A stretch of 44,647 bases of DNA, from positions 1-44,647 of the IMG/VR virus record IMGVR_UViG_3300011604_000001; one strand, given 5' to 3'. Positions 33,189 to 41,353 of the stretch are shown piece after piece. Position 1 is the stretch's first letter. Each line of letters opens with the position of its first letter. The notes below the pieces were generated by a model. The model was not told where the DNA came from, made no database searches, and was given only the letters and a program-made list of their open reading frames with translations. Both the position numbers and the translations under genes were made by a program. The DNA is from a virus.

Positions 33189-33529
33189 TATGAGAAACTC
33201 GCTAAGGCTGAATTAAGTGCGTTTTGATATACGCCAGTGGGTGCTTGACCTGAGTAGCCATTTTCTAACCTTTCAGCATAAGGCATATTGTTGGCAATGC
33301 TCATGGTAGGCATACCGCTAGGCGGTGATACAAAGCCGGTGCCAGTGATTGACGCGCTAGGCTGTCCTATGCTCATGCAATGGGCAGCGCGGTAACGTCC
33401 TGTCAAAACTGGTGAAAGTAAATTAACCCCATTCCAAAGCGTAAACCAAAACGCCCTGTATTTTTGGTCTAACTCCTGCTCGATATCGTCAGCCAGTCGC
33501 TCAAAAGGCACGGTAATACGGATTGGCAT
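33188..33529 (-). CDS. Head-tail joining protein candidate (HK97 gp10-like), 113 aa
   Basis: Gene order and size. ATGA coupling to the next gene. Confidence 0.35.
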   Translation of the reverse strand: MPIRITVPFERLADDIEQELDQKYRAFWFTLWNGVNLLSPVLTGRYRAAHCMSIGQPSASITGTGFVSPPSGMPTMSIANNMPYAERLENGYSGQAPTGVYQNALNSALASFS

Positions 33530-33530
33530 A

Positions 33531-33911
33531 TCACACCTTCCTTAGCTGAATAGTAAAAGTCACGCTCGCGGGCTCTTGATTTACCGCTACCACTTGATAG
33601 CCGTTAATCACATCATCAAGTTTTGGCGTGTTGGCAATTTCGTCTTGCAGTACAATCAATTTAACATCATTCATCTGTATGCTTTCGTTATCCACTTCTA
33701 TCTCACTATACGATGAAAACACGCCGCGCCCACTGTAATTGATGATGGTTGAGTTGCTGCCCACCGTATTTGTGAGTATATCCTCAATGCTAGGCTCACC
33801 TTGCACAGTGCGATTACCTGTAAACGGCTTCACGGCATCGGCTAGGTCTGTGTTAAATGCGTTTTTGATGTCTGCGGTTATTTCGTCACGGAGTCCCATA
33901 TCTTCACCCAT
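33531..33911 (-). CDS. Head-tail joining / neck protein candidate, 126 aa
   Basis: Gene order only. Confidence 0.3.
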   Translation of the reverse strand: MGEDMGLRDEITADIKNAFNTDLADAVKPFTGNRTVQGEPSIEDILTNTVGSNSTIINYSGRGVFSSYSEIEVDNESIQMNDVKLIVLQDEIANTPKLDDVINGYQVVAVNQEPASVTFTIQLRKV

Positions 33912-33932
33912 AAAAAACCACCTAATCGGTGG
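33911..33932 (-). terminator. Weak terminator-like hairpin (CCACC-N5-GGTGG family)
   Basis: ccacc taatc ggtgg. On the minus strand it is followed by TTTTTTAT. The stem is only 5 bp and also provides AGGTGG as the RBS of the next gene. Confidence 0.35.
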
Positions 33933-33938
33933 CTTGGT

Positions 33939-34292
33939 TTAAATCGTAGGCTCATCAGTCGGTGGTGGCTGCTGCTGGCGTTTATCCAACTCGACCATGT
34001 ATGAAAACAGCCAAATCTCTAGCTGTTGCGCCAATTCACCAATATTTTTCTCGCCAAGCGGCTGCATAGTCAATGGATGATAAAGCGTTAAAGTTTTGGT
34101 TAGCTCGTCATCATCAAAATTACCCACAATAGCCGATAAATCGCTTGGGATAAAGTTGCCATCTTTAAGATTAACAATTTGCTCGCGGCTAAAAGTGACT
34201 GACTTAACGCCATCTTTGGGATTGTTTAAGATGATAGATTTAGCGCGGACATAGATATCGCCCGCGTCTTGTGTTTGCACATAGTTTGTCAT
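33939..34292 (-). CDS. Hypothetical structural-module protein, 117 aa
   Basis: ORF coupled (ATGA-type overlap) to the fibre gene upstream. Confidence 0.5.
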   Translation of the reverse strand: MTNYVQTQDAGDIYVRAKSIILNNPKDGVKSVTFSREQIVNLKDGNFIPSDLSAIVGNFDDDELTKTLTLYHPLTMQPLGEKNIGELAQQLEIWLFSYMVELDKRQQQPPPTDEPTI

Positions 34293-35380
34293 TACAATTC
34301 TTCCCCGACATAGATTGTGACTGGCTGACCAAATACTTTTGTTGAGTTAGCAGTCACACCTAATACTAGATTTGCGCCATTGACACGCACATAAAATTGA
34401 TTGGCTGGGTCAATGTCGTTGTTGTAGATGATAATGCCATCGCTATTAGTTGCTTTAGCTTGCACGGCTTCAACAGTTGTTACGCCATGCGCTACGGTTA
34501 TTTCACCCACTTGACTTGGTAGTGTTGCGGTGAGTTTACGCCAACCTTTTTTGTAGCTTACGCTACCAGACTTGATTGATTTAGCTGCTATTTCTGTACT
34601 ACTATTTGCTAAGTTTGTGTAAAAATTTCTCTCAAGAATTGACGGCTTTTGCGTCATATAATCGCTAATATTTGTGTATTTGGTTAAATCATTTGTATAA
34701 TACAACGACCAATTTGTTAAGTAATTAGTATTAATTCTGAAATTAACATGAGCTGAAATAATTGATATAGCAGTTGATATGCCAATTATTGTGTTAACAT
34801 CGCCTAGAATAAAACATAGATAACCGTCAGGTGTTGTAGCTTTTCGTACTGGAATATCTTTTGAGCCATAAGAGAATTTCGACACGTTCCCACCTGTGTA
34901 ACCGAGGATATTCATTTTAATGGTGGAAGTTTCAGAATCAGTTAACCCATCAATGTTGATACTAATAACTGTTGCATCGGTAGCTGGTACAGTTGTCTTG
35001 ATAACAATAACGCCAGTGATATCTCCACCTAAGCGTATTTCACCTAATCCATAAACCGTAGCTGATGATTCCCAGCCGTTATCTGTGCTAAATCTATATA
35101 TATTTGCATTACTGATATCTAATGTTGTATTTTTATAAACCCCATTTAAAGCTGATTGTGGTACATGCCCGTTATTATTAAGCAGTAATACGTTATTTGC
35201 GCTTGTACCTGCATTTTTTATCGCAGCCGTTCCCAACCCCAAATTACTTCTAGCTGTTGCCACATCTGTGCCACCCGTACCACCTTGCGCTACGGCTATC
35301 ACGTCTGTTTTGTTGACTTTGCCTTTTATCAGTGTAGCGAGTTGTTTAAATCCATCATTAATGTTATCAATTAAAGCCAT
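34292..35380 (-). CDS. Fibre protein, 362 aa (AQGGTGGT...ARSNLGLG fibre motif; AT-rich distal domain)
   Basis: The N-terminal IDNINDGFKQLATLIKGKV is followed by VAQGGTGGTDVATARSNLGLGTAA, a motif common in phage fibre proteins. The distal two-thirds are visibly more AT-rich than the N-terminus. Confidence 0.6.
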   Translation of the reverse strand: MALIDNINDGFKQLATLIKGKVNKTDVIAVAQGGTGGTDVATARSNLGLGTAAIKNAGTSANNVLLLNNNGHVPQSALNGVYKNTTLDISNANIYRFSTDNGWESSATVYGLGEIRLGGDITGVIVIKTTVPATDATVISINIDGLTDSETSTIKMNILGYTGGNVSKFSYGSKDIPVRKATTPDGYLCFILGDVNTIIGISTAISIISAHVNFRINTNYLTNWSLYYTNDLTKYTNISDYMTQKPSILERNFYTNLANSSTEIAAKSIKSGSVSYKKGWRKLTATLPSQVGEITVAHGVTTVEAVQAKATNSDGIIIYNNDIDPANQFYVRVNGANLVLGVTANSTKVFGQPVTIYVGEEL

Positions 35381-35391
35381 ATCTCACCGCC

Positions 35392-35880
35392 TTAACTGTT
35401 ATAAGTAGTATTGATTGTGGTAACAAAGTTTGTGTTGATATCACCAATTTCAGCTTTGCTATACACATCAATGTTGCTACGTGCTTGCGCTTTTTGTTGC
35501 TCATTAAAGGCTTGCGACTGACTAGCAGACACTAGACCGTTATCAGCTTGAGCTAATGCTGCAATCTTATCTGCTAACTCTTTTAGCGTGTCGCTTGATG
35601 CGTCAGCCCCATTAATTAGATTAGTGATTGCTGTCGTAATCTCATTGCTAATCTTTGTCGCTGACCATGTGTTAGCTGTCGTGGTTTGGCTGTCGTTGAT
35701 TGATGTTTTATTGTCAATCGTTGTTTTTAATTCATTGAGCGCATTAACAAGACTTGTTTTGTCTGCTGTGCTAAGTTTGGTTAAATCACCTTGATTGCTT
35801 TTTAGCGTATTGTTGACTTGCTTTAACAGCGTTGTAATCTGTGCAAATCCATCGTTGATTGACTGCGTTAAAACTGCCAT
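35392..35880 (-). CDS. Coiled-coil fibre protein, 162 aa
   Basis: The start at 35880 overlaps the preceding stop (TAATG). The N-terminal SINDGFAQITTLLKQV is paralogous to the N-terminus of the next gene. TSLVNALNELK resembles the fibre LVxAINEL motif. Confidence 0.55.
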   Translation of the reverse strand: MAVLTQSINDGFAQITTLLKQVNNTLKSNQGDLTKLSTADKTSLVNALNELKTTIDNKTSINDSQTTTANTWSATKISNEITTAITNLINGADASSDTLKELADKIAALAQADNGLVSASQSQAFNEQQKAQARSNIDVYSKAEIGDINTNFVTTINTTYNS

Positions 35881-36125
35881 TAGATACTCCAAAATGCCGT
35901 TACGCTTGAAGCGTATTCAAAAGATGTGTTCAATTCGTCTGTTGCAACCATTAACTTATTATCGCTGCCAAGTTTTAAATCGTTGTTAGGGTCGGTGCTA
36001 ATCATGTCTTTTGGTGGTGTCGTAGCAATCGTAATGTCTTTTACATTCAAAATCGCTGTTTGTTTGCTATCAACGGCGTTAATACCGATAGCATCTGATT
36101 GTAGCGTGACTGATAATTTACCCAT
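35880..36125 (-). CDS. Small fibre-associated protein, 81 aa
   Basis: ORF coupled on both sides, with a DLKLGSDNKLMV beta-repeat-like segment. Confidence 0.45.
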   Translation of the reverse strand: MGKLSVTLQSDAIGINAVDSKQTAILNVKDITIATTPPKDMISTDPNNDLKLGSDNKLMVATDELNTSFEYASSVTAFWSI

Positions 36126-36444
36126 GCGTCACCACCGCTTTAACATTTAATTTAATCGTGTCGCTATTGACTTCGGCTGTGCCATTCTCAAAAAATACGT
36201 CTAAATAAAGTGCGCCGATAGGTAAAACTACATCACTTGGCAAACTTACGGTAAATATGCCACTTGCGTTATCAATACGATTAACGACCATATCAGTTAT
36301 TTTTCTGTCTTTGGCATTTCGTACTTGTGACGTAATTTGATAATCGGTTAAATCAATAGGCAATCCATTATCATCGGTATATTTCATCAAAAACACACAT
36401 GAATTTCGCGTCTTGATATCAAATGTTACGACAGCTTCAAACAT
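36118..36444 (-). CDS. Ig-like (BppU-N-like) domain protein, 108 aa
   Basis: The pattern DDNGLPIDLTDYQITSQV...GIFTVSLPSDV...GALYLDVFF is typical of phage Ig-like/BppU N-terminal domains. Confidence 0.4.
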   Translation of the reverse strand: MFEAVVTFDIKTRNSCVFLMKYTDDNGLPIDLTDYQITSQVRNAKDRKITDMVVNRIDNASGIFTVSLPSDVVLPIGALYLDVFFENGTAEVNSDTIKLNVKAVVTHG

Positions 36445-36445
36445 A

Positions 36446-36823
36446 CTACCCCCTTACTACTCGCATTTGTCGATAGCCTTTGCTTACGACCAAGTAAGGC
36501 GCAATTAATAACAAGGCTTGTTGTTCTGCTTGGCTTTGTACCTTGTCGCCTGTGGCAAACTTTTTAGCCACTTCCACACTGTCTGCCTTCACCTTTTTCT
36601 CGGTGACAATCGGCTCAGTCTGATACATTTCATCGTCAGCGTATGCCTTAGCAATTAACGCCCCTGCCATCATCACGTCAGGCGGTGCAATTTCAAAGAC
36701 TGGTAGTTTTTTGCTATCAAGCCATGCATTAGCAAGCATCACCGATAAGTGACCGTCACCATTAGCCGCCCAATTTGCGTCATTAAGGCTCGCTGTTACC
36801 GTTTCAATGGATAGATAACTCAT
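36446..36823 (-). CDS. Head-tail connector (gp6-like) candidate, 125 aa
   Basis: First gene after the capsid block, with appropriate size and alpha-helical composition. Confidence 0.4.
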   Translation of the reverse strand: MSYLSIETVTASLNDANWAANGDGHLSVMLANAWLDSKKLPVFEIAPPDVMMAGALIAKAYADDEMYQTEPIVTEKKVKADSVEVAKKFATGDKVQSQAEQQALLLIAPYLVVSKGYRQMRVVRG

Positions 36824-36839
36824 TGGTCGTACTCCTAAG

Positions 36840-36868
36840 TAAAAAGGCTCTAACGAGTTGCTAGAGCC
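36840..36868 (-). terminator. Intrinsic terminator-like hairpin after the capsid block
   Basis: ggctcta acgagttgc tagagcc (7-bp stem). On the minus strand it is followed by TTTTTAC. Confidence 0.55.
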
Positions 36869-36892
36869 TTTGGTGATTGTTTTGGTCAGCGA

Positions 36893-37105
36893 TTAAACGC
36901 CTTTTGCACCGTTGCCAGTCTCAGAAAGAGTACCCGCCACTGGCTCGGTTACCCGTGGGTCAGTGATGCCGTAATCTTTACCACTTTTTGCAGGGTCAAT
37001 GACTTGACCGTTAGCCAAAGTTGACAATGATTCGTCAAAGTATGGTCGCTCTGACGGATAGGTGTAGTTATAAGCGGGCTTAACCGCATCTTTAGGTAGT
37101 CCCAT
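36893..37105 (-). CDS. Hypothetical small protein after the capsid gene, 70 aa
   Basis: ORF with GGGGA RBS, Pro/Gly-rich. Confidence 0.5.
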   Translation of the reverse strand: MGLPKDAVKPAYNYTYPSERPYFDESLSTLANGQVIDPAKSGKDYGITDPRVTEPVAGTLSETGNGAKGV

Positions 37106-37116
37106 GATTTATCCCC

Positions 37117-38133
37117 TTATAGGTTAGTTACTAAAAAGCGAATGGCTAGATTATCTGCGCTCGCATCTAAACGCCAGTTAGCCGCTTTGGTCAAGTCTTC
37201 CCAACTTGCTGAGATGGCTTCATTCTTTGTACCACCTGTCAAAGTTGCAGGGTCAGCAACAAAGCTAAAGCCTTGCGGATGGATTAATAAATCTCTGCGC
37301 GTCCAAAGCGTTGTATGCCCAGCACCATTACCAGTTGCAGCAGTACGCTCGATTTCTAAGTCATCATTACCTGCGACCATATCGGCTGCGATAGCACCTG
37401 CACCGATGATATAAGATACATATTGCGCGTTTGCACCTGTACCGATGACTGTACCGCGTTTTGACTGCACCACGCGGCGACCATTGTAAGTTTCAACTGG
37501 TGGCAAATCAGCCGAAGTGGTGACTTTTTCAACTAGGTTTTGCTTACGCATTTTAGTGGCAATCAGTGGATGCACGATTAGCAAGCCAGTACCTTGATAG
37601 GCTTCGTCTAGCGTACCTTCAGCGTCAATAAAGGCGTTAACATCAAAACCACTTGCAGCGGTTGCGGTAGCTTTTGAAATATCGGTAGTTAGTACCTTGC
37701 CGTTGGCTTGGTCATAGTTGCGAATACCGATTAGCGTTGCAATAGCGCGGTTTTCAGCTTGCCCAATCCAAAACTGGTCTAACATCCCTGCAATCGCTTG
37801 AAGTGGCGATACACCTGTTAGATGAGCCTGTAAACGTGATTCTAAAAAGCCTTCGTTGATGTATGCAGCACGACCTTGACTAGAATAACCTTCGATACCA
37901 CGCGGCATAGCCAAGTCGGTAAACACGGTATTGCCATAGTTAGGCTCTAAATCGCTATCAATCGGATTGATATAAGGCACGGTGAAAGTTTGTGAGCCGC
38001 TAGTCAATAATTGACGTAATCGCGCATCTGATACAAATGCACCTGATTGCCAAAACTTCGTCTGCTTGATGGGGTTGTTCGTCATGTAACTTAACGTCAC
38101 ATTGCGGTTAAATACTTGGCGTAAATCAGCCAT
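37117..38133 (-). CDS. Major capsid protein, 338 aa
   Basis: It lies directly after the scaffold gene and has a typical size. GGAG RBS. Confidence 0.7.
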   Translation of the reverse strand: MADLRQVFNRNVTLSYMTNNPIKQTKFWQSGAFVSDARLRQLLTSGSQTFTVPYINPIDSDLEPNYGNTVFTDLAMPRGIEGYSSQGRAAYINEGFLESRLQAHLTGVSPLQAIAGMLDQFWIGQAENRAIATLIGIRNYDQANGKVLTTDISKATATAASGFDVNAFIDAEGTLDEAYQGTGLLIVHPLIATKMRKQNLVEKVTTSADLPPVETYNGRRVVQSKRGTVIGTGANAQYVSYIIGAGAIAADMVAGNDDLEIERTAATGNGAGHTTLWTRRDLLIHPQGFSFVADPATLTGGTKNEAISASWEDLTKAANWRLDASADNLAIRFLVTNL

Positions 38134-38136
38134 AAA

Positions 38137-38796
38137 TTACTCCTTTTGAGCAAATAATTGATTAAATAGATTTGGGTTGGTGTTTGCAAGCTCGATACGC
38201 TCAGATTCGGTGTAATCGCTTGCTTGTTTAGTGCCTTGTGTGCCTTGACCTGTTGCCCCTACGCCGCTTGCTTTAGTGCCAGTAATGAGTGAGTCAAACT
38301 TGCCGCTTGTGCTGATTTCGTTTTTCAAGTCTGCAATCGTTGAGATTGTGGCATTGCCTAAATCATCTACGACCTTGACTTGTCCGTTTTCAGCCGCTAA
38401 ACGCTTTTCAATGAGCATCTGCAAAATCGCTTGATTGTGTTCGTTATCGCTTAAACTAGACGCTAGTTTTAACGCTTCAGACTTTACTAAGTCGCTATCG
38501 CGCTGCTTGTCACGCTCTACAATCTCGGCTTCAAGTTTGGCAATCTTGTCTTGATACTGTTTCTCAAGGGTATCAAAATCGCCTTTCTTTCGCGCCTGTT
38601 CTTGTGCCAGCGCATCCTTTTCGGCTTGCTCGGCTTTACGCTTTTCGGTTTCAGCCTTTTTCTCAGCTAACAGCGTTTCGTTGTGCTTACGCATACGCTC
38701 AACTTCATCCTGCAATGCTTGGTATTGTTCGGGTGTGATGGTTTGCTCGGTTGTGTCGGTTACTGGTGCATCGGTGGTTTGGGTTTGGTCAGACAT
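38137..38796 (-). CDS. Scaffolding protein, 219 aa
   Basis: Highly charged coiled coil (EAEKRKAEQAEKDALAQEQARKK) immediately upstream of the capsid gene. Confidence 0.7.
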   Translation of the reverse strand: MSDQTQTTDAPVTDTTEQTITPEQYQALQDEVERMRKHNETLLAEKKAETEKRKAEQAEKDALAQEQARKKGDFDTLEKQYQDKIAKLEAEIVERDKQRDSDLVKSEALKLASSLSDNEHNQAILQMLIEKRLAAENGQVKVVDDLGNATISTIADLKNEISTSGKFDSLITGTKASGVGATGQGTQGTKQASDYTESERIELANTNPNLFNQLFAQKE

Positions 38797-38828
38797 GGGT
38801 TACTACCTCATTTATTGGCTACTAGCCG

Positions 38829-39080
38829 TTAGTTTGTGCAATCACAGATTGCGGTTAAAAATTGGTTGGTTTGTGTTGTCTGTAAATTGCATTTAGTCGC
38901 CTGTTGATTTACTGACAAAGTATGCTTGCACACTGGGCAATCAATAACTAAAACCATTTCGCCCCTATCGTTAAATGGCTGTGCCTCATTTTTTTCAAAC
39001 TCAAAAACAGTTTTGCATCGATGGCATTTAGTTTGATAGATTTTGTTTTGTGGTAATTCGCCACGCTCAATGATTTTCAT
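38829..39080 (-). CDS. Zinc-ribbon small protein, 83 aa
   Basis: CHRCK...CPVCK. The start at MKIIERG has an AGGTGA RBS. Confidence 0.5.
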   Translation of the reverse strand: MKIIERGELPQNKIYQTKCHRCKTVFEFEKNEAQPFNDRGEMVLVIDCPVCKHTLSVNQQATKCNLQTTQTNQFLTAICDCTN

Positions 39081-39092
39081 AAAATTCACCTA

Positions 39093-39122
39093 TAAAAAAG
39101 CCCTAGCGGTTAGGCTAAGGCT
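39093..39122 (-). terminator. Intrinsic terminator hairpin (potentially bidirectional)
   Basis: agccctagc ggttag gctaaggct (8 pairs, one mismatch). On the minus strand it is followed by TTTTTTAT. Confidence 0.55.
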
Positions 39123-39170
39123 CTTTGTTTTTGATTGTGGCGAATTCGCCATATTTAAATTTTGTTTAGT

Positions 39171-39476
39171 TTAATTCGGATTAGGCAAAATCGGTATTCG
39201 ATAGAAATGGGTTACTTTGTTTAATTCAGCTATATAACCCCATATATCAGCATCTAAACAAGTCCAACTCTGACTTATAAATTTACTGCCGTCCACTCTC
39301 TCTATCTCGTCCTCATAAAATACCGCAGGGATGTATTCCATTTTATTCATCCCTGTGCTTTCGTCACCCTCGCCACAATCAGCATAAGCCATGACATACT
39401 CGCCATTTTTCGGCTTGTATTTTGGGAACTCAAATACCTCGATATCCATAGCAAACCCCTCGTTAGTTTTTGCCAT
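39171..39476 (-). CDS. DUF551-like protein, 101 aa
   Basis: The C-terminal KVTHFYRIPILPNP resembles the DUF551 signature (tHWmPlPepP). The start MAKTNEG lies 2 nt after the MuF-like stop. Confidence 0.4.
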   Translation of the reverse strand: MAKTNEGFAMDIEVFEFPKYKPKNGEYVMAYADCGEGDESTGMNKMEYIPAVFYEDEIERVDGSKFISQSWTCLDADIWGYIAELNKVTHFYRIPILPNPN

Positions 39477-39480
39477 TATA

Positions 39481-40536
39481 TCACAGTCCCGCCCTTTCAA
39501 ACGCAGTGGGATTTTTCGCTCGCATTTCATCAAGCGTTAACGGCTCAAAGTTCTTGTTGAGATTAAGCCTTGCAAAGTCATCGGCTGATAAACCACCATC
39601 ACGAAATAACGCGGCTCTTGTCTTGCCTAGCGCATCATCTTGAAAGGCTTTAGGCTGCGATTTAAGCCACTCGTAATATGACTTGTTGTCCGTCACGCCT
39701 TCATAGCTTGCCCGCTTGTCCGTGTTCCCTTTGCCCCTGTATTTTGGGTCTAAGACAAGAATAAAGGTTGAGCGACAATTAATGTGAAATGGTGGTCTGC
39801 GTCCTTCGCCTACTTTGAATATTCTATGGTCTAAAGAACGGCAGATTACACTCGTTTTTGAGTCCATCGTGGCTATAATCTGCTCACCGATAACAATATC
39901 GCTGTTTTGCTTGGCTATCTCAAGCCTTGCATCATTAGCGACCTGTTGCACGCCTGTTCTCACTATGGCTTCAGCATTGCGCGTAGTGGTCTGTAAGATA
40001 CCATCTTTAAACTTGTTTGCCCGGGTGCCGCGTATTTGCTGAACGAGTTGCTGATTGGTCTTGCCTTCAAAATACCCCATTCTTACAACTTGCTTAATGC
40101 GCTTGACCTCATTGTTATTTAGGTCTTTGATTAAGTCATCAAGCGGTATGCCTGTGTTGCCTGTCAGTGGCAGTGGTTTTGCCATTGCTACATAAGACAA
40201 GGCGGCTAAGTTGCTAGGCGTTGCAATCGCTGTGGCTGGCACTTCATACGCTTTAACGAGTGACTGCTTTTCAAACTCGTAGCAATCTGCAAATATCTCG
40301 CTTAGTTGCTCACGGCAATTGTCCGACCATACGCCTAGCGTCTTGGTCAACTGCTTGTCTAGCGTATCAAGGTATTTATCAAGCTGTTTTGCGGTTAGGC
40401 TCTCAATGTCAAGCTGTCCGATTAGCTTATCAATCTGCTTGAGCGTCAATCCAAAATCATTCACCATTGATTGCTTTAAGCGTTCAAGATAGACGGCTCG
40501 CCTAAAGGTTTGGTCGATGTATTGTGAATCACTCAT
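39481..40536 (-). CDS. Head morphogenesis protein (Mu F / SPP1 gp7 family)
   Basis: TSVICRSLDHRIF...RRPPFHINCRSTF matches the C...C...PxHxNCRC-type motif. The gene lies downstream of portal. Confidence 0.8.
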   Translation of the reverse strand: MSDSQYIDQTFRRAVYLERLKQSMVNDFGLTLKQIDKLIGQLDIESLTAKQLDKYLDTLDKQLTKTLGVWSDNCREQLSEIFADCYEFEKQSLVKAYEVPATAIATPSNLAALSYVAMAKPLPLTGNTGIPLDDLIKDLNNNEVKRIKQVVRMGYFEGKTNQQLVQQIRGTRANKFKDGILQTTTRNAEAIVRTGVQQVANDARLEIAKQNSDIVIGEQIIATMDSKTSVICRSLDHRIFKVGEGRRPPFHINCRSTFILVLDPKYRGKGNTDKRASYEGVTDNKSYYEWLKSQPKAFQDDALGKTRAALFRDGGLSADDFARLNLNKNFEPLTLDEMRAKNPTAFERAGL

Positions 40537-40538
40537 GG

Positions 40539-40817
40539 TTAATCTTTTAAGAATCCGTTAGCGTCAAGTCCGATTAAGCAATTTTCAATCACACATAAAC
40601 TACCTTTTGAGAAATTTTTTCCGCCAAAAATTTTAATCATTTCGTGCATTTGCATGGTGTAAAGTCCTTCATCATCGGGCTTGAACAATTTTTCAAATTC
40701 ATCAGACTTGAACAAGTCACGAAACTGCTCTTTGTACTCTTGTAGCACCTTTTCACCATAAACACCTAAGCGAAACTTGACGTAATAGTTAAGATTGAAT
40801 TTTTTAAAGTCAGTCAT
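40539..40817 (-). CDS. Hypothetical protein, 92 aa
   Basis: ORF between the moron terminator and the MuF-like gene. Confidence 0.55.
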   Translation of the reverse strand: MTDFKKFNLNYYVKFRLGVYGEKVLQEYKEQFRDLFKSDEFEKLFKPDDEGLYTMQMHEMIKIFGGKNFSKGSLCVIENCLIGLDANGFLKD

Positions 40818-40834
40818 GGTTAATCTCTAGGTAA

Positions 40835-40862
40835 TAAAAAACCCTAACTAAAAAGCTAGGGT
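40835..40862 (-). terminator. Intrinsic terminator after the AT-rich moron
   Basis: accctaac taaaaa gctagggt (one mismatch). On the minus strand it is followed by TTTTTTAT. Confidence 0.6.
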
Positions 40863-40885
40863 CTTTGTTGCTTAGGTTTTAGCTA

Positions 40886-41260
40886 CTAACCTTTTATACT
40901 CATTCTAAGGTTATTTACAGATTCTTGAAAATTGTGCATTTTAACAGCGCTTTCTTTTACTACGACATCGCTAGTATCGCAATAATCTTCAATTAGCCAT
41001 AAAAAATCATGAAAACTTGTTTTATAAAAATCAGTACCAACTTCATTCGTACATTTTAGAAATTGGATAAAATCGTCTGCAACTGATTTTTCTTGTTGTG
41101 ATAAAAACTTAGTAAATAGTTTTATAGTCGTTTTAAAGTCAGAATCAGATTCATCACTTGACTCACTTTCTTTATCTAACTGATTTTGCAAGTTATGAAT
41201 TTTATCTATTAATAAGTCGATAATCATATTAGCTTTTGAATCTTGGATATTAAGATACAT
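40886..41260 (-). CDS. Hypothetical acidic protein, 124 aa, encoded on a markedly AT-rich insert
   Basis: The ORF has an ESESSDESDSD acidic tract. Its DNA is visibly far more AT-rich than the flanking portal and MuF genes. It is flanked by a TATAAT box (41348-41343, minus strand) and a terminator. Confidence 0.6.
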   Translation of the reverse strand: MYLNIQDSKANMIIDLLIDKIHNLQNQLDKESESSDESDSDFKTTIKLFTKFLSQQEKSVADDFIQFLKCTNEVGTDFYKTSFHDFLWLIEDYCDTSDVVVKESAVKMHNFQESVNNLRMSIKG

Positions 41261-41353
41261 ATTTTACTCCGTTGTAAGTAAACCGTTGATTGTGGGTGTT
41301 GGCTGTGCATCAACGTTTGCACTTTTCGGGGGCTACCCTAGCCAACGCCTTTA

